In this document: positions 22,297 through 32,361 of the stretch, piece after piece
Layout of the letters: each line of letters begins with the position of its first letter
How positions within the stretch are numbered: position 1 is the stretch's first letter
DNA from: an uncultured Verrucomicrobiae bacterium
Lineage (GTDB): Bacteria > Verrucomicrobiota > Verrucomicrobiia > Chthoniobacterales > Chthoniobacteraceae
Length of the DNA stretch: 64,000 nucleotides
Reading direction: 5' to 3'
NCBI GenBank assembly: GCA_963769025.1
Contig: CAVYKI010000002.1
Location: 192,001 to 256,000 of the forward strand
Program-made: the position numbers and the translations under genes
The notes under the pieces: generated by a model
Database searches by the model: none
What the model saw: only the letters and a program-made list of their open reading frames with translations
Told to the model about the DNA's origin: nothing

Positions 22297-23192
22297 GCAC
22301 GCCAGCCGCCAGCGCCATCCCGCATGCGAACGCCGAGCCCGGCATACTCGCCGATCTCCTCGATCTCACCAAGGCGCGCCTCAACCTGCTGGTGCTCATC
22401 ACGACCTTCGTCGGTTATTGGATGGGATCCTCCGGCGCGATGAACTGGCAGCGTCTCATCTGCGCGATGCTCGGCACTGCGCTCACCGCCGCATCTGCCG
22501 CCGCGCTGAACCAGCTTTGGGAGCGCAAGGTGGACGCGCTCATGGCACGCACCGCGAGCCGGCCGCTTCCTGCCGGTCGCATGAAAGGCGGCATCGCGTT
22601 CGCGCTCGGCCTCGCGCTGGGCACCGCGGGCACCGCCCTGCTCTGGTTTGCCGTAAACTCGCTGAGCGCTCTGCTCGCACTGGGAACGCTCGTCATTTAC
22701 GTGCTGATTTACACGCCGATGAAGCGCCGCACCGCACTTTGCACACTCGTCGGCGCGGTGAGCGGAGCCATCCCGCCGGTCGTCGGATGGGCGGCCGCAA
22801 ATCCCGATCTCACGCTCGGGGCATGGGTGCTCTTCGCCGTGCTGTTCGCGTGGCAGATGCCGCACTTCCTCGCCATCGCATGGATGTATCGCGAGCAGTA
22901 CCGCGGCGCTGGTTTCGTCATGCTCAAGCGCGACGACGAGACCGGGTTCACGACGGCGGCGACGAGTTTCGTGTTTACGCTCCTGCTCACGGCCGCGACG
23001 TTGGTGCCGTTCGATGCCGGGACGGCGGGTGGCACGTATCTCGGCGGCGCGCTGCTCATCAACAGCGTCTTCTTTCTCGCAGCCCTTCATTTCTTTGCCG
23101 ACCGCTCACGCCCGGTCGCGCGCCGGTTGTTTTTCGCGAGCATCATCTACCTCCCGCTCATCCTCGGGCTCATGGTCTTCACCAAGGAATGA
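22293..23192 (+). CDS. ctaB: Heme O synthase
   Basis: LTKARL, DALMARTASRPLPAG, YTPMKR, GAIPPVVGW, WQMPHF. Confidence 0.95.
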   Translation: MSTPAASAIPHANAEPGILADLLDLTKARLNLLVLITTFVGYWMGSSGAMNWQRLICAMLGTALTAASAAALNQLWERKVDALMARTASRPLPAGRMKGGIAFALGLALGTAGTALLWFAVNSLSALLALGTLVIYVLIYTPMKRRTALCTLVGAVSGAIPPVVGWAAANPDLTLGAWVLFAVLFAWQMPHFLAIAWMYREQYRGAGFVMLKRDDETGFTTAATSFVFTLLLTAATLVPFDAGTAGGTYLGGALLINSVFFLAALHFFADRSRPVARRLFFASIIYLPLILGLMVFTKE

Positions 23193-23770
23193 ACGCACAC
23201 CGTTTCACGGCCATCGCCGCCGCAATTTTTCTCGCCGGCTGCACGGAGGCAAGGCCGCTGCCGAAACGCTTCGAGGTCCCAAAATTCACCCTTGCCGAGC
23301 GCAGCGGGCAACCGTTCGATTCCACGTCGCTGCTCGGCAAAGTCTGGGTCGCGGATTTCTTTTTTACCTCGTGCCCCGGCACCTGCCTCCTGCTGAGCAA
23401 CCGCATGAAGGAAATCCACGCGGCCACGGCGAAAGGCGGCGGCGTCCATTTCGTATCCATCAGCACCGATCCTGAAACAGATACGCCCGAGGTGCTCCGC
23501 AACTATGCCGCAAGCCTGGGGGCCGACGAGCGTTGGTCGTTTCTCACCGGACCGCGCCAGGCGATTTTCGAACTGAGCATTGGCGGATTCAAACTCGCGC
23601 TCGCGGATGCCGACGGCGTGGACGTGAAGGAAAAGATCATCCACAGCACGAAGCTTGTCCTTGTGGACCGGCGGGGCTGGATTCGCGACTACTACGACGG
23701 TGTCGGCGACAAGCCCGGTGAAAAGGAACGCCTGCTCGCTGACATCAAACGCCTTCTCCAAGAGCCATGA
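23189..23770 (+). CDS. SCO1/SenC copper chaperone, lipoprotein
   Basis: LAGC lipobox, FFFTSCPGTC, DPETDTP, IHS. Confidence 0.92.
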   Translation: MNAHRFTAIAAAIFLAGCTEARPLPKRFEVPKFTLAERSGQPFDSTSLLGKVWVADFFFTSCPGTCLLLSNRMKEIHAATAKGGGVHFVSISTDPETDTPEVLRNYAASLGADERWSFLTGPRQAIFELSIGGFKLALADADGVDVKEKIIHSTKLVLVDRRGWIRDYYDGVGDKPGEKERLLADIKRLLQEP

Positions 23771-24213
23771 CCGCACTCGAAAGTCTTCCAGCCATCAACG
23801 CCTCGCTCAACGCCACGTGCGGCATCCTTTTGGTGTTTGGCATCTGGCTGATCAAGACCGAGCGCAAGCAGGCGCACGGCATGGTCATGGGCGCGGCATT
23901 TGCCGTTTCGTGCATTTTTCTCGGGTTCTACATCTGGCACAAATTCGAGCTGCACGCCGCGACGGGACGCTGGAACACGACATTCCCCGGACCGCAGCCA
24001 TGGAGGACGATCTACCTCGTGATGCTTGCGACGCACGTCGTGCTCGCGATGGCCGTGCCGCCGCTGGCGATTGTCACCATGCGCCACGCGCTCGCCGGGC
24101 GTTACGAAGCGCATCGCAGGCTCTCAAAGGTGACGTTTCCCGTCTGGTTCTATGTGAGCGTCACCGGCGTGCTGGTGTATTTCTTTTTGTACCGCTGGTT
24201 TCCAGTCGAGTGA
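23767..24213 (+). CDS. DUF420 (CtaM-like) oxidase assembly membrane protein
   Basis: LPAINASLN, H...M, THVVLA, H...PVWFYVSVTGV. Confidence 0.9.
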   Translation: MTALESLPAINASLNATCGILLVFGIWLIKTERKQAHGMVMGAAFAVSCIFLGFYIWHKFELHAATGRWNTTFPGPQPWRTIYLVMLATHVVLAMAVPPLAIVTMRHALAGRYEAHRRLSKVTFPVWFYVSVTGVLVYFFLYRWFPVE

Positions 24214-24301
24214 CGGTCCACGCCCGAGGCAAAGGATCCGTTTGGAAAGTGGGAGGCCGTCACGATTGCCATCCTGGCCGCCATCCGCGCCGCGCTGGCG
24301 C

Positions 24302-25243
24302 TCAGCCGAAGGCTTTTCGCAGCATCGCAAGGCTTTTCGGGACGGCGGTATCCGCGTTCTCCTTGCCCTCCATCTCGAGCGAGACGTATCCGCTGTAGCC
24401 AGCCTCGGCGAGGATGCGCGCGATGCGCGGGTAATCCAGCTCCAGCGTGTACCACATGCCGCCGCCGAAGTAGGTCTTCGCCTGCACGAAGATCGTCCTT
24501 GGCGCGATCTGCTTCAATTTGTCGTACGGGTCCTCCAGAAAATTCCCGGTGTCCATCAGCGCGCCGATGAACGGCGAGTCGAACGCCGCCAGCAGCCGCA
24601 ACAGGCCCTCGGGCGCGCGTGTAAGTCCCCAGTGATTTTCCAGCGCGAGGACGACGCCGAGTTCCTCCGCGCGCTTCAGGCATTTGCCGAGGCCGTCGAT
24701 TGCCCACTCAAACGCATCGTCGTCGGTATGCCCGGCAAGCGGCGGCTCGAGCCCGCGCTTTTTCATGAACTCGTCGAAATCCTTCACGGTGTTCCAGCGC
24801 CCCGCGTTCACGCGGATCGACGCGGCACCGAGTGCATCCGCGACTTCGAGGCATCTCAGCGTGTGGTCCACATTCGACTGGCGCGACTTCGGGTCCGGCG
24901 AAACAAAACTTTGGTGCGTGCTCAGGCACGCCACGTCCACGCCGTTGCGGAATGCGGTCCGCCTGAGCTTCCGGCAGTAGGCGCGTCCGGCGGCATCGAG
25001 CGGCTTCCTCTCGTCGATTTCCATCTGGCGGTGCAGGACATCCACGCATTCCACGCCGAGCTCCCCCGCGCGCTCGAACACCGTCTCGATCGGGAACTTC
25101 TTCCCCTCGAAGTGCCAGTAGGAATACGTCGAGATGCCCAGCTTGATGCGCTTCTTGAAACGCGGCGTCGGGTCTGCGGCCGCGCTCTTCCCTGGCGCGA
25201 GGGCGGCGGCACTTGCTGCGAGGAGGAATTCGCGTCGTTTCAT
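24302..25243 (-). CDS. Tat-exported sugar phosphate isomerase/epimerase (AP-endonuclease-2 TIM barrel)
   Basis: MKRREFL, LALENHWG, DTGNF, GYVSLEMEG. Confidence 0.88.
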   Translation of the reverse strand: MKRREFLLAASAAALAPGKSAAADPTPRFKKRIKLGISTYSYWHFEGKKFPIETVFERAGELGVECVDVLHRQMEIDERKPLDAAGRAYCRKLRRTAFRNGVDVACLSTHQSFVSPDPKSRQSNVDHTLRCLEVADALGAASIRVNAGRWNTVKDFDEFMKKRGLEPPLAGHTDDDAFEWAIDGLGKCLKRAEELGVVLALENHWGLTRAPEGLLRLLAAFDSPFIGALMDTGNFLEDPYDKLKQIAPRTIFVQAKTYFGGGMWYTLELDYPRIARILAEAGYSGYVSLEMEGKENADTAVPKSLAMLRKAFG

Positions 25244-25292
25244 TCGGAACCTGCGCCACTATGCATGGCACCTGCCCCGCCCGCAACCGCCG

Positions 25293-25757
25293 TCAGGGCC
25301 GCGCCTCGCCGAGCCGCGCCGCAATGGCGAGCAGCAGCGCCTTTTCCGTGTCGCTCCAGTCGTGCGCCGCTGCCTTTGCCACGCCGAGGACTCCGCGGAG
25401 ATCGTCCGCCACGAGCATCGGCACCGCGAGCGAGCCTTCCATTCCGGTCGCCTTCGCCGCGGGCCGCGCCTGGCCGGAGGTGTCGGTCTGGAGATTGCAG
25501 AGCGACACCGGTTCGCGATTTTGCGCCGCAAGGCCGGCGATGCCTTTCCCAACTGGCACTGTCGCGGCGAGCTGGACGATTGCCTCGGGAATGTTGCGGT
25601 GCGCCGCGAGCTTGAGCATCCCGCTCTGCGGATCGAGCCAGTGAACTGTCCCAGCCTGGCAGTCGAGTGCGCGGATCGATGCGTCGAGGACTGCCTGCGG
25701 GTCGCGCGCCTGCAGTGCTTTGGCGACCGGCTCGGGGATGTTGCTGTGGGTGCTCAT
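25293..25757 (-). CDS. Stand-alone GAF-domain protein
   Basis: VPVGKGIAGLAAQNREPV, SLAVPM, GVLGVAK. Confidence 0.85.
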   Translation of the reverse strand: MSTHSNIPEPVAKALQARDPQAVLDASIRALDCQAGTVHWLDPQSGMLKLAAHRNIPEAIVQLAATVPVGKGIAGLAAQNREPVSLCNLQTDTSGQARPAAKATGMEGSLAVPMLVADDLRGVLGVAKAAAHDWSDTEKALLLAIAARLGEARP

Positions 25758-25852
25758 GGCCGCATTGTCGGGGGCGGCAAAGTGCGTGGCAACTCCGCGC
25801 TCGCGAACTTTCCACTCGTCACATGCGCCACTCCGCGAAATATGTCCCCGCA

Positions 25853-26659
25853 ATGATTCCCACGCGGCTCCAGCAAATCATCGAAGTGAAACAGGCGGAG
25901 GTGGCGAAGCTGCTCCCGCGGCTCGCCCACCTTCGCGAGGCCGCGTTGTTGCGGAATGATTTTCGCGGATTCGCCGCAGCACTGGAACGCGGACCGTCCA
26001 CGCTCGGCGTGATCGCGGAGGTGAAGAAGGCGAGCCCAAGCGCTGGTGTGATCGCCAGCGATTTCGACCCGGTGGCGATCGCGCAGGCCTATGAGGCTGC
26101 GGGGGCGGATTGCATCAGCGTGCTCACGGACGAGAAATTTTTTCAGGGCCACCTTTCGTACCTCACGCGGATCCGCGAGGCGGTCCACCTGCCCTGCCTG
26201 CGCAAGGACTTCATCATTCACGAGGCGCAAATTTTTGAGGCGAGCGTCGCCGGGGCCGACTGCATCCTGCTCATCGTCGCGGCGCTCGAGCAGGCGGAGC
26301 TTGAGCACCTGTTTCAGACAGGAGCGGATTTCCAGATGGATGTCCTCGTAGAGGTGCACACGCGCGAGGAACTCGACCGCGCGCTCGATCTCGGCGCGAA
26401 GCTGATCGGGATCAACAACCGTAACCTGCACACCTTCGAAGTGGACATCGCCACGACTGAGGAACTCAGCGGGGACGTGCCGGACGATGTGCTGCTCGTG
26501 AGCGAAAGCGGACTGAAGACTCGCGCCGACACTCAGCGGGTCCTCGATTGCGGAGGAAACGCGATCCTCGTCGGGGAATCGCTGATCCGCGCCGGAATCG
26601 CAGGAATTCCCGGGCAGATGCAGGAATTGCTTTCGGTCGAGCCGCGGCCTGCGGAGTAG
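25853..26659 (+). CDS. trpC: Indole-3-glycerol phosphate synthase
   Basis: IAEVKKASPS, SVLTD, LRKDF, GINNRNL, SESG. Confidence 0.96.
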   Translation: MIPTRLQQIIEVKQAEVAKLLPRLAHLREAALLRNDFRGFAAALERGPSTLGVIAEVKKASPSAGVIASDFDPVAIAQAYEAAGADCISVLTDEKFFQGHLSYLTRIREAVHLPCLRKDFIIHEAQIFEASVAGADCILLIVAALEQAELEHLFQTGADFQMDVLVEVHTREELDRALDLGAKLIGINNRNLHTFEVDIATTEELSGDVPDDVLLVSESGLKTRADTQRVLDCGGNAILVGESLIRAGIAGIPGQMQELLSVEPRPAE

Positions 26660-26684
26660 GCCGTTTGGGCGTCCGCCCGTCCGG

Positions 26685-27500
26685 TTACTCGGAGGCTTTC
26701 ACCTCGTCCCAGATCGCGTCCAGTTCCGCGAGGGTCATTTTCTCCAACGAGAGGTTTCGATGCCGCGCGATGGCTTCGATCTTGCGGAAGCGGGAGCTGA
26801 ATTTGTTCGTCGCACCTTGCAGTGCGACTTCGCCATCCACCTTCAGCTTGCGGGCAAGGTTGACGACTGCGAACAACAGGTCCCCGATTTCGCCCTCGAC
26901 CTTTTGCGGGTCAGAAAGGACTGCTTCGACCTCGGCGAGTTCCTCGCGGATCTTCGCGATGACGGGAGCCAACTCGTTCCAGTCGAAGCCGACTTTCGCC
27001 GCGCGCTTCTGAATTTTTTCGGCGCGGAGCAACCCAGGCAGCCCATCGCTGATTCCGTCGAGCACGGACTCGTGGCTCGCGCCCTTTTCCTCACGTTTGA
27101 TTTCCTCCCAGCGGGTGAGCACGGCGGCGGAGTCGGCGGCGTTTTCCGAACCGAAGACGTGCGGATGCCGGCGCACGAGCTTCTGCACGATGCCCGTCGC
27201 CACGGCATCGAAATCCCAGCCGCCCCGCTCGCTGGCCATCTGGGCGTGGAAGACAACCTGCAGCAGCAGGTCGCCCAGTTCCTCACGGAGGTTTGCATCG
27301 TCATCCGCGGAGATCGCCGCGGCCACCTCGTAGGCCTCCTCGATCACGGACACGCGCAATGTTGCGTGCGTCTGCTCGCGGTCCCACGGGCAGCCGTCCG
27401 GCGCACGCAGCCGGGCCATGATTCGCAGCAATTGATCGAGCGGCGAGAACCTCGGGTCGAGGGCATTGGCGGCGGTCTGCGGCAGTGGCGCGTCTGTCAT
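26685..27500 (-). CDS. mazG: Nucleoside triphosphate pyrophosphohydrolase
   Basis: GCPWDREQT, EELGDLL, RRHPHVF, GFDW, EIGDLLF. Confidence 0.95.
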   Translation of the reverse strand: MTDAPLPQTAANALDPRFSPLDQLLRIMARLRAPDGCPWDREQTHATLRVSVIEEAYEVAAAISADDDANLREELGDLLLQVVFHAQMASERGGWDFDAVATGIVQKLVRRHPHVFGSENAADSAAVLTRWEEIKREEKGASHESVLDGISDGLPGLLRAEKIQKRAAKVGFDWNELAPVIAKIREELAEVEAVLSDPQKVEGEIGDLLFAVVNLARKLKVDGEVALQGATNKFSSRFRKIEAIARHRNLSLEKMTLAELDAIWDEVKASE

Positions 27501-27537
27501 GGCGCGCCTTGTAGAGGCACCTTTGTGTTCCGCCACG

Positions 27538-28215
27538 TCAAATCTGCCACTTCCGCCGAGGGCCGAAATCGGTGAATTCGCCGGGCAGGCGGACAGCGGC
27601 CCAATAGGAGATGGCCACGACCGCGGTGAACGTGGAAAAGAAAAAGAACGCCACAAGCCAGCCGGGGATGGATGTCCCCACGCTCAGCGCCTGGTAAAAA
27701 GATCCCCATCCGTCAATCGCAGGTTCCGCATGGAGGAAAAGCTTCGTGAGCCACGCGACGAGAATGATGATGTAGATGAAAACGTAGTTGCGTTTCAACC
27801 GGCGGCCTAGCGCCTCCCACTTCGAGATTTTGAAGCCCGGCAGCAGCAAGTCCTCCGCGAGGAGCTTGCGCCAGTCGCCCTCGAGCGCGGACGCCTTTTG
27901 CATGACCACCGGGACTAGGAAATGGGCTTCGATCATGCGCACACGTGCGCGGAAGGCGTCGTAAAACCGGTAACGCCGCGCCTCGATCCAGAGCATGATG
28001 GTGACGATGGCGATGTTGAAGAGGAAGATGATGTGCGGGACGCGCACGATGGAAAACGCGACGGTGAAAATGGTCGAGGTGGCGGTGATGGCCCAGTTCG
28101 TCGTGTTGTCCAGACGCGCGCGCCATGCCATGATCCTGCCGACTTCGCCGCGGTAGAAATGCGACATCGCCGTCATGTAGTTTGAGTCGGCGCGCGGTGG
28201 CGGTTGGTCGCTCAT
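27538..28215 (-). CDS. DUF2270 membrane protein
   Basis: HFYRGEV, WRARLDNTTNWA, EARRYR. Confidence 0.88.
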   Translation of the reverse strand: MSDQPPPRADSNYMTAMSHFYRGEVGRIMAWRARLDNTTNWAITATSTIFTVAFSIVRVPHIIFLFNIAIVTIMLWIEARRYRFYDAFRARVRMIEAHFLVPVVMQKASALEGDWRKLLAEDLLLPGFKISKWEALGRRLKRNYVFIYIIILVAWLTKLFLHAEPAIDGWGSFYQALSVGTSIPGWLVAFFFFSTFTAVVAISYWAAVRLPGEFTDFGPRRKWQI

Positions 28216-28246
28216 ACCTCGGAATTGCGGGCATTGCCCAGTCGGT

Positions 28247-29092
28247 TCACTTTTGTTCCTTCCTCAACAGGTTTTCCCGCGCCTGTTCGAGCCGGGCGCG
28301 TTCGTCCGAAGAAAGGCTTGCCAGTCCCTTCCGTGCGATTTTTTCCAGCAATGCGTCCACCTCGCTGTCCAGTTCGTCCGGAGGCGCGTCATCGAATCCC
28401 TCGGATCGGCCCCGGGCGGGCTCGCGTGGGACGACCCGGAATGCGGGCTTGCGGCTCGCCCAGCGGAGTCTCGGAAATGCCCAGTGGCCTTGCTCGTAGC
28501 GCGTGTAGAGATGCGCTGCGGCGCAGGCGGACAGAAAGACGGTGAGCAGATCCCAGCGGTGGTCGGGGAAATACATCAGGGAATTCAGCACGATCCCCGC
28601 GAAGGCGAGCCACTTCATCGTGATCCAGTTCCAGAGCTCGGCATTCGGATAAAGCGTCGCGTAGGCGATGAAGAGGCCGATGGAAAGATTGCTCGCGCCG
28701 GCCAGCAAGATGCGATGCCCGCCCATCCACCACGCCGAAGCCGTGAGCACCGGCACGAGGCACAGCAGGAAGACGAGCCGCAGGAAAACCCGGCGCCCGA
28801 GATACGTCTCAACGCCGACGCCGAACCAATACGCGAACAGAATCCCGAACACGTAGAAGAAGCTCGGGTAGTCGATCAGCGGATGCGTGAAGAGCTGCCA
28901 GAGGTACGCCTTTTTCCAAAATGCCTGCGGCTCGAATGCGATGACGTTGATGTCGAATCGCGCCGACGTCAGCAGCACGGTGGCGATCATTCCGGCCACC
29001 AGCACCGCGACGAGGATGCTCGAGGCGTAAACCGGTACCCGGCCCAGCCACGTGAGCGGCGACGTGTCGGATTTGCCAGTGGAGTCAGACAT
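28247..29092 (-). CDS. Rhomboid-fold membrane protein with a C-terminal DUF6576-like domain
   Basis: WQLFTH, GVETYLG, LAGAS; C-terminal VDALLEKIARKGLASLS. Confidence 0.75.
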   Translation of the reverse strand: MSDSTGKSDTSPLTWLGRVPVYASSILVAVLVAGMIATVLLTSARFDINVIAFEPQAFWKKAYLWQLFTHPLIDYPSFFYVFGILFAYWFGVGVETYLGRRVFLRLVFLLCLVPVLTASAWWMGGHRILLAGASNLSIGLFIAYATLYPNAELWNWITMKWLAFAGIVLNSLMYFPDHRWDLLTVFLSACAAAHLYTRYEQGHWAFPRLRWASRKPAFRVVPREPARGRSEGFDDAPPDELDSEVDALLEKIARKGLASLSSDERARLEQARENLLRKEQK

Positions 29093-29222
29093 TGTGGATC
29101 TAGCTAACCGCATTTTGCGCCTTCGGCAAACCGTGAATCGTCTCTTGCCGCCAAATCGCGCGTAGCGTTTCGCAATCCGAGGGTTGCCCGGTGCCGGATC
29201 AATCGCCAATGTGCGTGCCGTC

Positions 29223-30995
29223 ATGGGCAAACAATCAGGGTCAAGTTCACAGGGTTTCAATGCGAGCGTCCGGGCATTCGTCGAGGATTACCGGGCGCTT
29301 TGCCATCCGGATGCCATTTTCTGGTGCGACGGATCGGAGGAGGAAAAGGAGCATCTCACCCGCGAGGCCGTCGCGCAGGGGGTGCTCACGCCGCTGAATC
29401 AGGAAAAGCTGCCGGGCTGCTACTACCATCGGTCAAACGCGAATGATGTCGCGCGAGTCGAGCAGCTCACTTTCATCTGCACTCAGAGCCGCGACAACGC
29501 GGGGCCGACGAACAACTGGGCCGATCCTCGCGAGATGCTGACAAAAATGCGGGGGATGCTCGATGGCGCGATGCGCGGGCGCACGATGTATGTCATCCCA
29601 TATCTGATGGGCCCGCCGGGATCGCCGCTCGCGAAGGTGGGCATCGAGCTCACGGACAGCATCTATGTCGTGCTGAACATGCGCATCATGGCCCGCATGG
29701 GCGAGATCGCGCTGCTGCAACTCGGGGAGTCGGACGACTTCAACCGCGGCATCCACAGCACGCTCGACGTCAATCCCGAGCGCCGCTTCATCTGCCACTT
29801 CCCGCGGGAGAACATGATCATCAGCGTCGGAAGCGGCTACGGCGGGAACGTGCTGCTCGGGAAAAAATGCCTCGCGCTGCGCATCGGCTCATGGCTCGGG
29901 CGTCAGCATGGCTGGCTCGCGGAGCACATGCTCATCCTCTGCGTCGAGTCGCCGGAAGGGGAGAAGACGTACGTCGCCGCGGCATTTCCCAGCGCGTGCG
30001 GGAAGACGAACTTCGCGATGCTGATCCCGCCCGCGCCATTCGAGGGATGGAAGGTCACGACCATCGGCGATGACATCGCGTGGATGTGGGCGGACAAGGA
30101 CGGCAAGCTGCGCGCGATCAATCCCGAGAACGGCTACTTCGGCGTAGCGCCCGGAACGAACTACGCGACAAACCCGAACGCGATGCGCTCGATCGAGCGC
30201 GACACGATTTACACGAACGTCGCGCTGCTTCCCGACGGCGACGTGTGGTGGGAGGGCAAGGACGGTCCGCCGCCCGCGGAGGCCACTGACTGGCAGGGCA
30301 ATCCGTGGACTCCCGCCTCGGCGGAAAAGGCCGCGCACCCGAATTCGCGCTTCACCGCGCCGATGGCGAACAACCCCGCGCTCGCGACCGAGGTGAACAA
30401 TCCCGACGGCGTTCCCATCAGCGCCATCATCTTCGGCGGCCGCCGCGCGACGACGATGCCGCTCGTGTTCCAGGCCTTCAACTGGATCCACGGCGTCTAT
30501 CTCGGCGCCACGATGGGCAGCGAGACCACCGCCGCGGCCGCGGGCGCCGTTGGCCAGGTGCGCCGCGACCCGATGGCGATGCTTCCGTTCTGCGGCTACC
30601 ACATGGCCGACTATTTCAACCACTGGCTGCAAATGCGCCGCCAGCTCAGCGACCCGCCGCGCATCTTCCACGTGAACTGGTTTCGCAAGGACACCGCGGG
30701 CAAGTTCCTCTGGCCCGGTTTCGGCGAGAATTTCCGCGTGCTGAAGTGGATCGTGGATCGCTGCCACGGCCGCGGCCGGGCGCGCGAAACGCAGGTGGGC
30801 TGGATGCCACGGTACGCGGAGTTCGACTGGCGCGGGCTCGACTATCCGCGTGAGCGCTGGGACGAGCTGATGAAATTCGACAACGCCGAGTGGCAGCGCG
30901 AGCTGCTCTGGCACAGCGAATTTTTCCTGAAGCTCCACGATCGCCTGCCCAAGGAATTCATCTTCCAGCGCGAACTCCTCATCTCGCGACTCTAG
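29223..30995 (+). CDS. pckG: GTP-dependent phosphoenolpyruvate carboxykinase
   Basis: [33 protein letters not shown]. Confidence 0.96.
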   Translation: MGKQSGSSSQGFNASVRAFVEDYRALCHPDAIFWCDGSEEEKEHLTREAVAQGVLTPLNQEKLPGCYYHRSNANDVARVEQLTFICTQSRDNAGPTNNWADPREMLTKMRGMLDGAMRGRTMYVIPYLMGPPGSPLAKVGIELTDSIYVVLNMRIMARMGEIALLQLGESDDFNRGIHSTLDVNPERRFICHFPRENMIISVGSGYGGNVLLGKKCLALRIGSWLGRQHGWLAEHMLILCVESPEGEKTYVAAAFPSACGKTNFAMLIPPAPFEGWKVTTIGDDIAWMWADKDGKLRAINPENGYFGVAPGTNYATNPNAMRSIERDTIYTNVALLPDGDVWWEGKDGPPPAEATDWQGNPWTPASAEKAAHPNSRFTAPMANNPALATEVNNPDGVPISAIIFGGRRATTMPLVFQAFNWIHGVYLGATMGSETTAAAAGAVGQVRRDPMAMLPFCGYHMADYFNHWLQMRRQLSDPPRIFHVNWFRKDTAGKFLWPGFGENFRVLKWIVDRCHGRGRARETQVGWMPRYAEFDWRGLDYPRERWDELMKFDNAEWQRELLWHSEFFLKLHDRLPKEFIFQRELLISRL

Positions 30996-31041
30996 CACCC
31001 GGAGCGCGGCGGAGTTTCGCCCCGCGCCGGCGGGCGATCCG

Positions 31042-31578
31042 CTACGAGCCTACCTCGGCGCCGCCGGCGGTGTATTGGTGGAGACGGGACTCGAGTTTCG
31101 CGATGATGACTTCGGCGCTCTCCCGGGCGCGCCGCTCTTCGAGCAGCGCCGTTTCCAGTTCGCGGATCCGCTGCTGGAGATTCAGGCGGATGCTGCTCGG
31201 GCGCGTGGAAATGGAAACGTCCGGCGCAGGTGCGGGGTTCAGCAGGGAGGGCGGGAGGAGATCCCGCACGCGCATGCGTGAGGCGTCCTTGCAATTCGTC
31301 ACGATGTTTTCGGGTGTGATTTCGCCCGCAGCGATAAACTCGGCAATCGCCCCGATCGTGGTCGGGCCGTAGTATTGCTCCTCGCCGACCTCGACGAGGT
31401 AGTCCATCTGGAGTTCCGGCAGCATTGGCGCCTTGATCCAGTTCTTTTGATCCGTCGATACGCGGTCGAGCGGCGAGACTTGCGCATCGGCCGCCCATTG
31501 CTGGAGCTGTTTGAAGGAGAGGGGGCCAAAAAGAGACCCGTCGCTTGCTTTGCGGAGATACCAGGCACTGTCATCCAT
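31042..31578 (-). CDS. Protein with two GYF_2-like (GP) repeats and a C-terminal coiled coil
   Basis: WYLRK..DGSLFGPLS...W and EQYYGPTTI...GEI; LQQRIRELETALLEE. Confidence 0.65.
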   Translation of the reverse strand: MDDSAWYLRKASDGSLFGPLSFKQLQQWAADAQVSPLDRVSTDQKNWIKAPMLPELQMDYLVEVGEEQYYGPTTIGAIAEFIAAGEITPENIVTNCKDASRMRVRDLLPPSLLNPAPAPDVSISTRPSSIRLNLQQRIRELETALLEERRARESAEVIIAKLESRLHQYTAGGAEVGS

Positions 31579-31579
31579 G

Positions 31580-32047
31580 TTACTGTCCTTCTTTCTTGGG
31601 GGTTGGGGGAGGAAGCAGAAGCTGCTGTCCGATTTGAAGTTTTTTCGGGTCCGTGATGCGGTTGATTTTCTGCAGTTCTACAACCGTGGTGCCGTGCAAT
31701 TTCGCGATCTTCTCCAGCGACTCGCCTTTTACGACGATATGCACGTTGGGGGCTGTACGCGGGGCGACGGGCCGCGCGACTGGGATTGCAAATTCGGTGC
31801 TGTCGGGTGCTGTTGGCGCGGTGCGTCCCACGGTGGGCGATGCAGCCTCGGTCGTTCCTTCGATCCGCGCGCTCAGCCGTGCGATTTGCGCCGTCAGCGT
31901 CTCGATTTGTTTCGCCTGCTGGTCCACGAGCTGCTGCAGCGCCTTCACTTCACCGGCCAGCCCATCTTGTGCAAGCAGCGTGGAGGATGATGGGATTGCC
32001 ATGGCAAACATGGCGACTACGCGCAGGAGGCGGACGCGAAAACTCAT
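31580..32047 (-). CDS. Exported coiled-coil plus LysM protein
   Basis: HIVVKGESLEKIAK...NRITDPKKLQIGQQL; start uncertain. Confidence 0.85.
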   Translation of the reverse strand: MSFRVRLLRVVAMFAMAIPSSSTLLAQDGLAGEVKALQQLVDQQAKQIETLTAQIARLSARIEGTTEAASPTVGRTAPTAPDSTEFAIPVARPVAPRTAPNVHIVVKGESLEKIAKLHGTTVVELQKINRITDPKKLQIGQQLLLPPPTPKKEGQ

Positions 32048-32144
32048 TGTTCGACTCTCACTTGTCTTCCCCGACATGGCAAGGTTCACTTGCTGGGAAA
32101 ATGCGGCGGTTGCGAATTTCTTCATCGTCTGCGGCTTGCCGCCC

Positions 32145-32173
32145 TTGCAATCCGGAACCCTGCGTCGTATGGT
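32145..32173 (+). promoter_or_regulatory. Putative sigma70 promoter of ubact, probably leaderless
   Basis: TTGCAA-N17-TATGGT ending 5 nt before ATG 32179; no Shine-Dalgarno. Confidence 0.5.
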
Positions 32174-32178
32174 CTGCC

Positions 32179-32355
32179 ATGCCTGAGCGGACGCAACGAC
32201 CAACCGGCCCGGCGCCATGGGAGCGCAAGGAGGGAGACGGCGACGGACCCAAATCGCCCGATGTGAAAAAACCCGACACGAAGAGCATCCTCGAACGGAT
32301 GCGCCGCGTGGATCCGGATCAGGCGCGGCGTTACCGCCAGCGGACGGGGCAGTGA
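32179..32355 (+). CDS. ubact: UBact prokaryotic ubiquitin-like protein (58 aa)
   Basis: Disordered N-half, then ILERMRRVDPDQARRYRQRTGQ* with the R-[ST]-G-[EQ] terminus, directly upstream of 20S genes; hidden inside track ORF 31786-32355. Confidence 0.9.
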   Translation: MPERTQRPTGPAPWERKEGDGDGPKSPDVKKPDTKSILERMRRVDPDQARRYRQRTGQ

Positions 32356-32361
32356 ACGAAA

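Noticed and set aside
21171..23770. Long N-terminal extensions on ctaB and sco in the ORF track
   Set aside because: They overlap upstream genes out of frame; the real starts are the coupled ATGs at 22293 and 23189.
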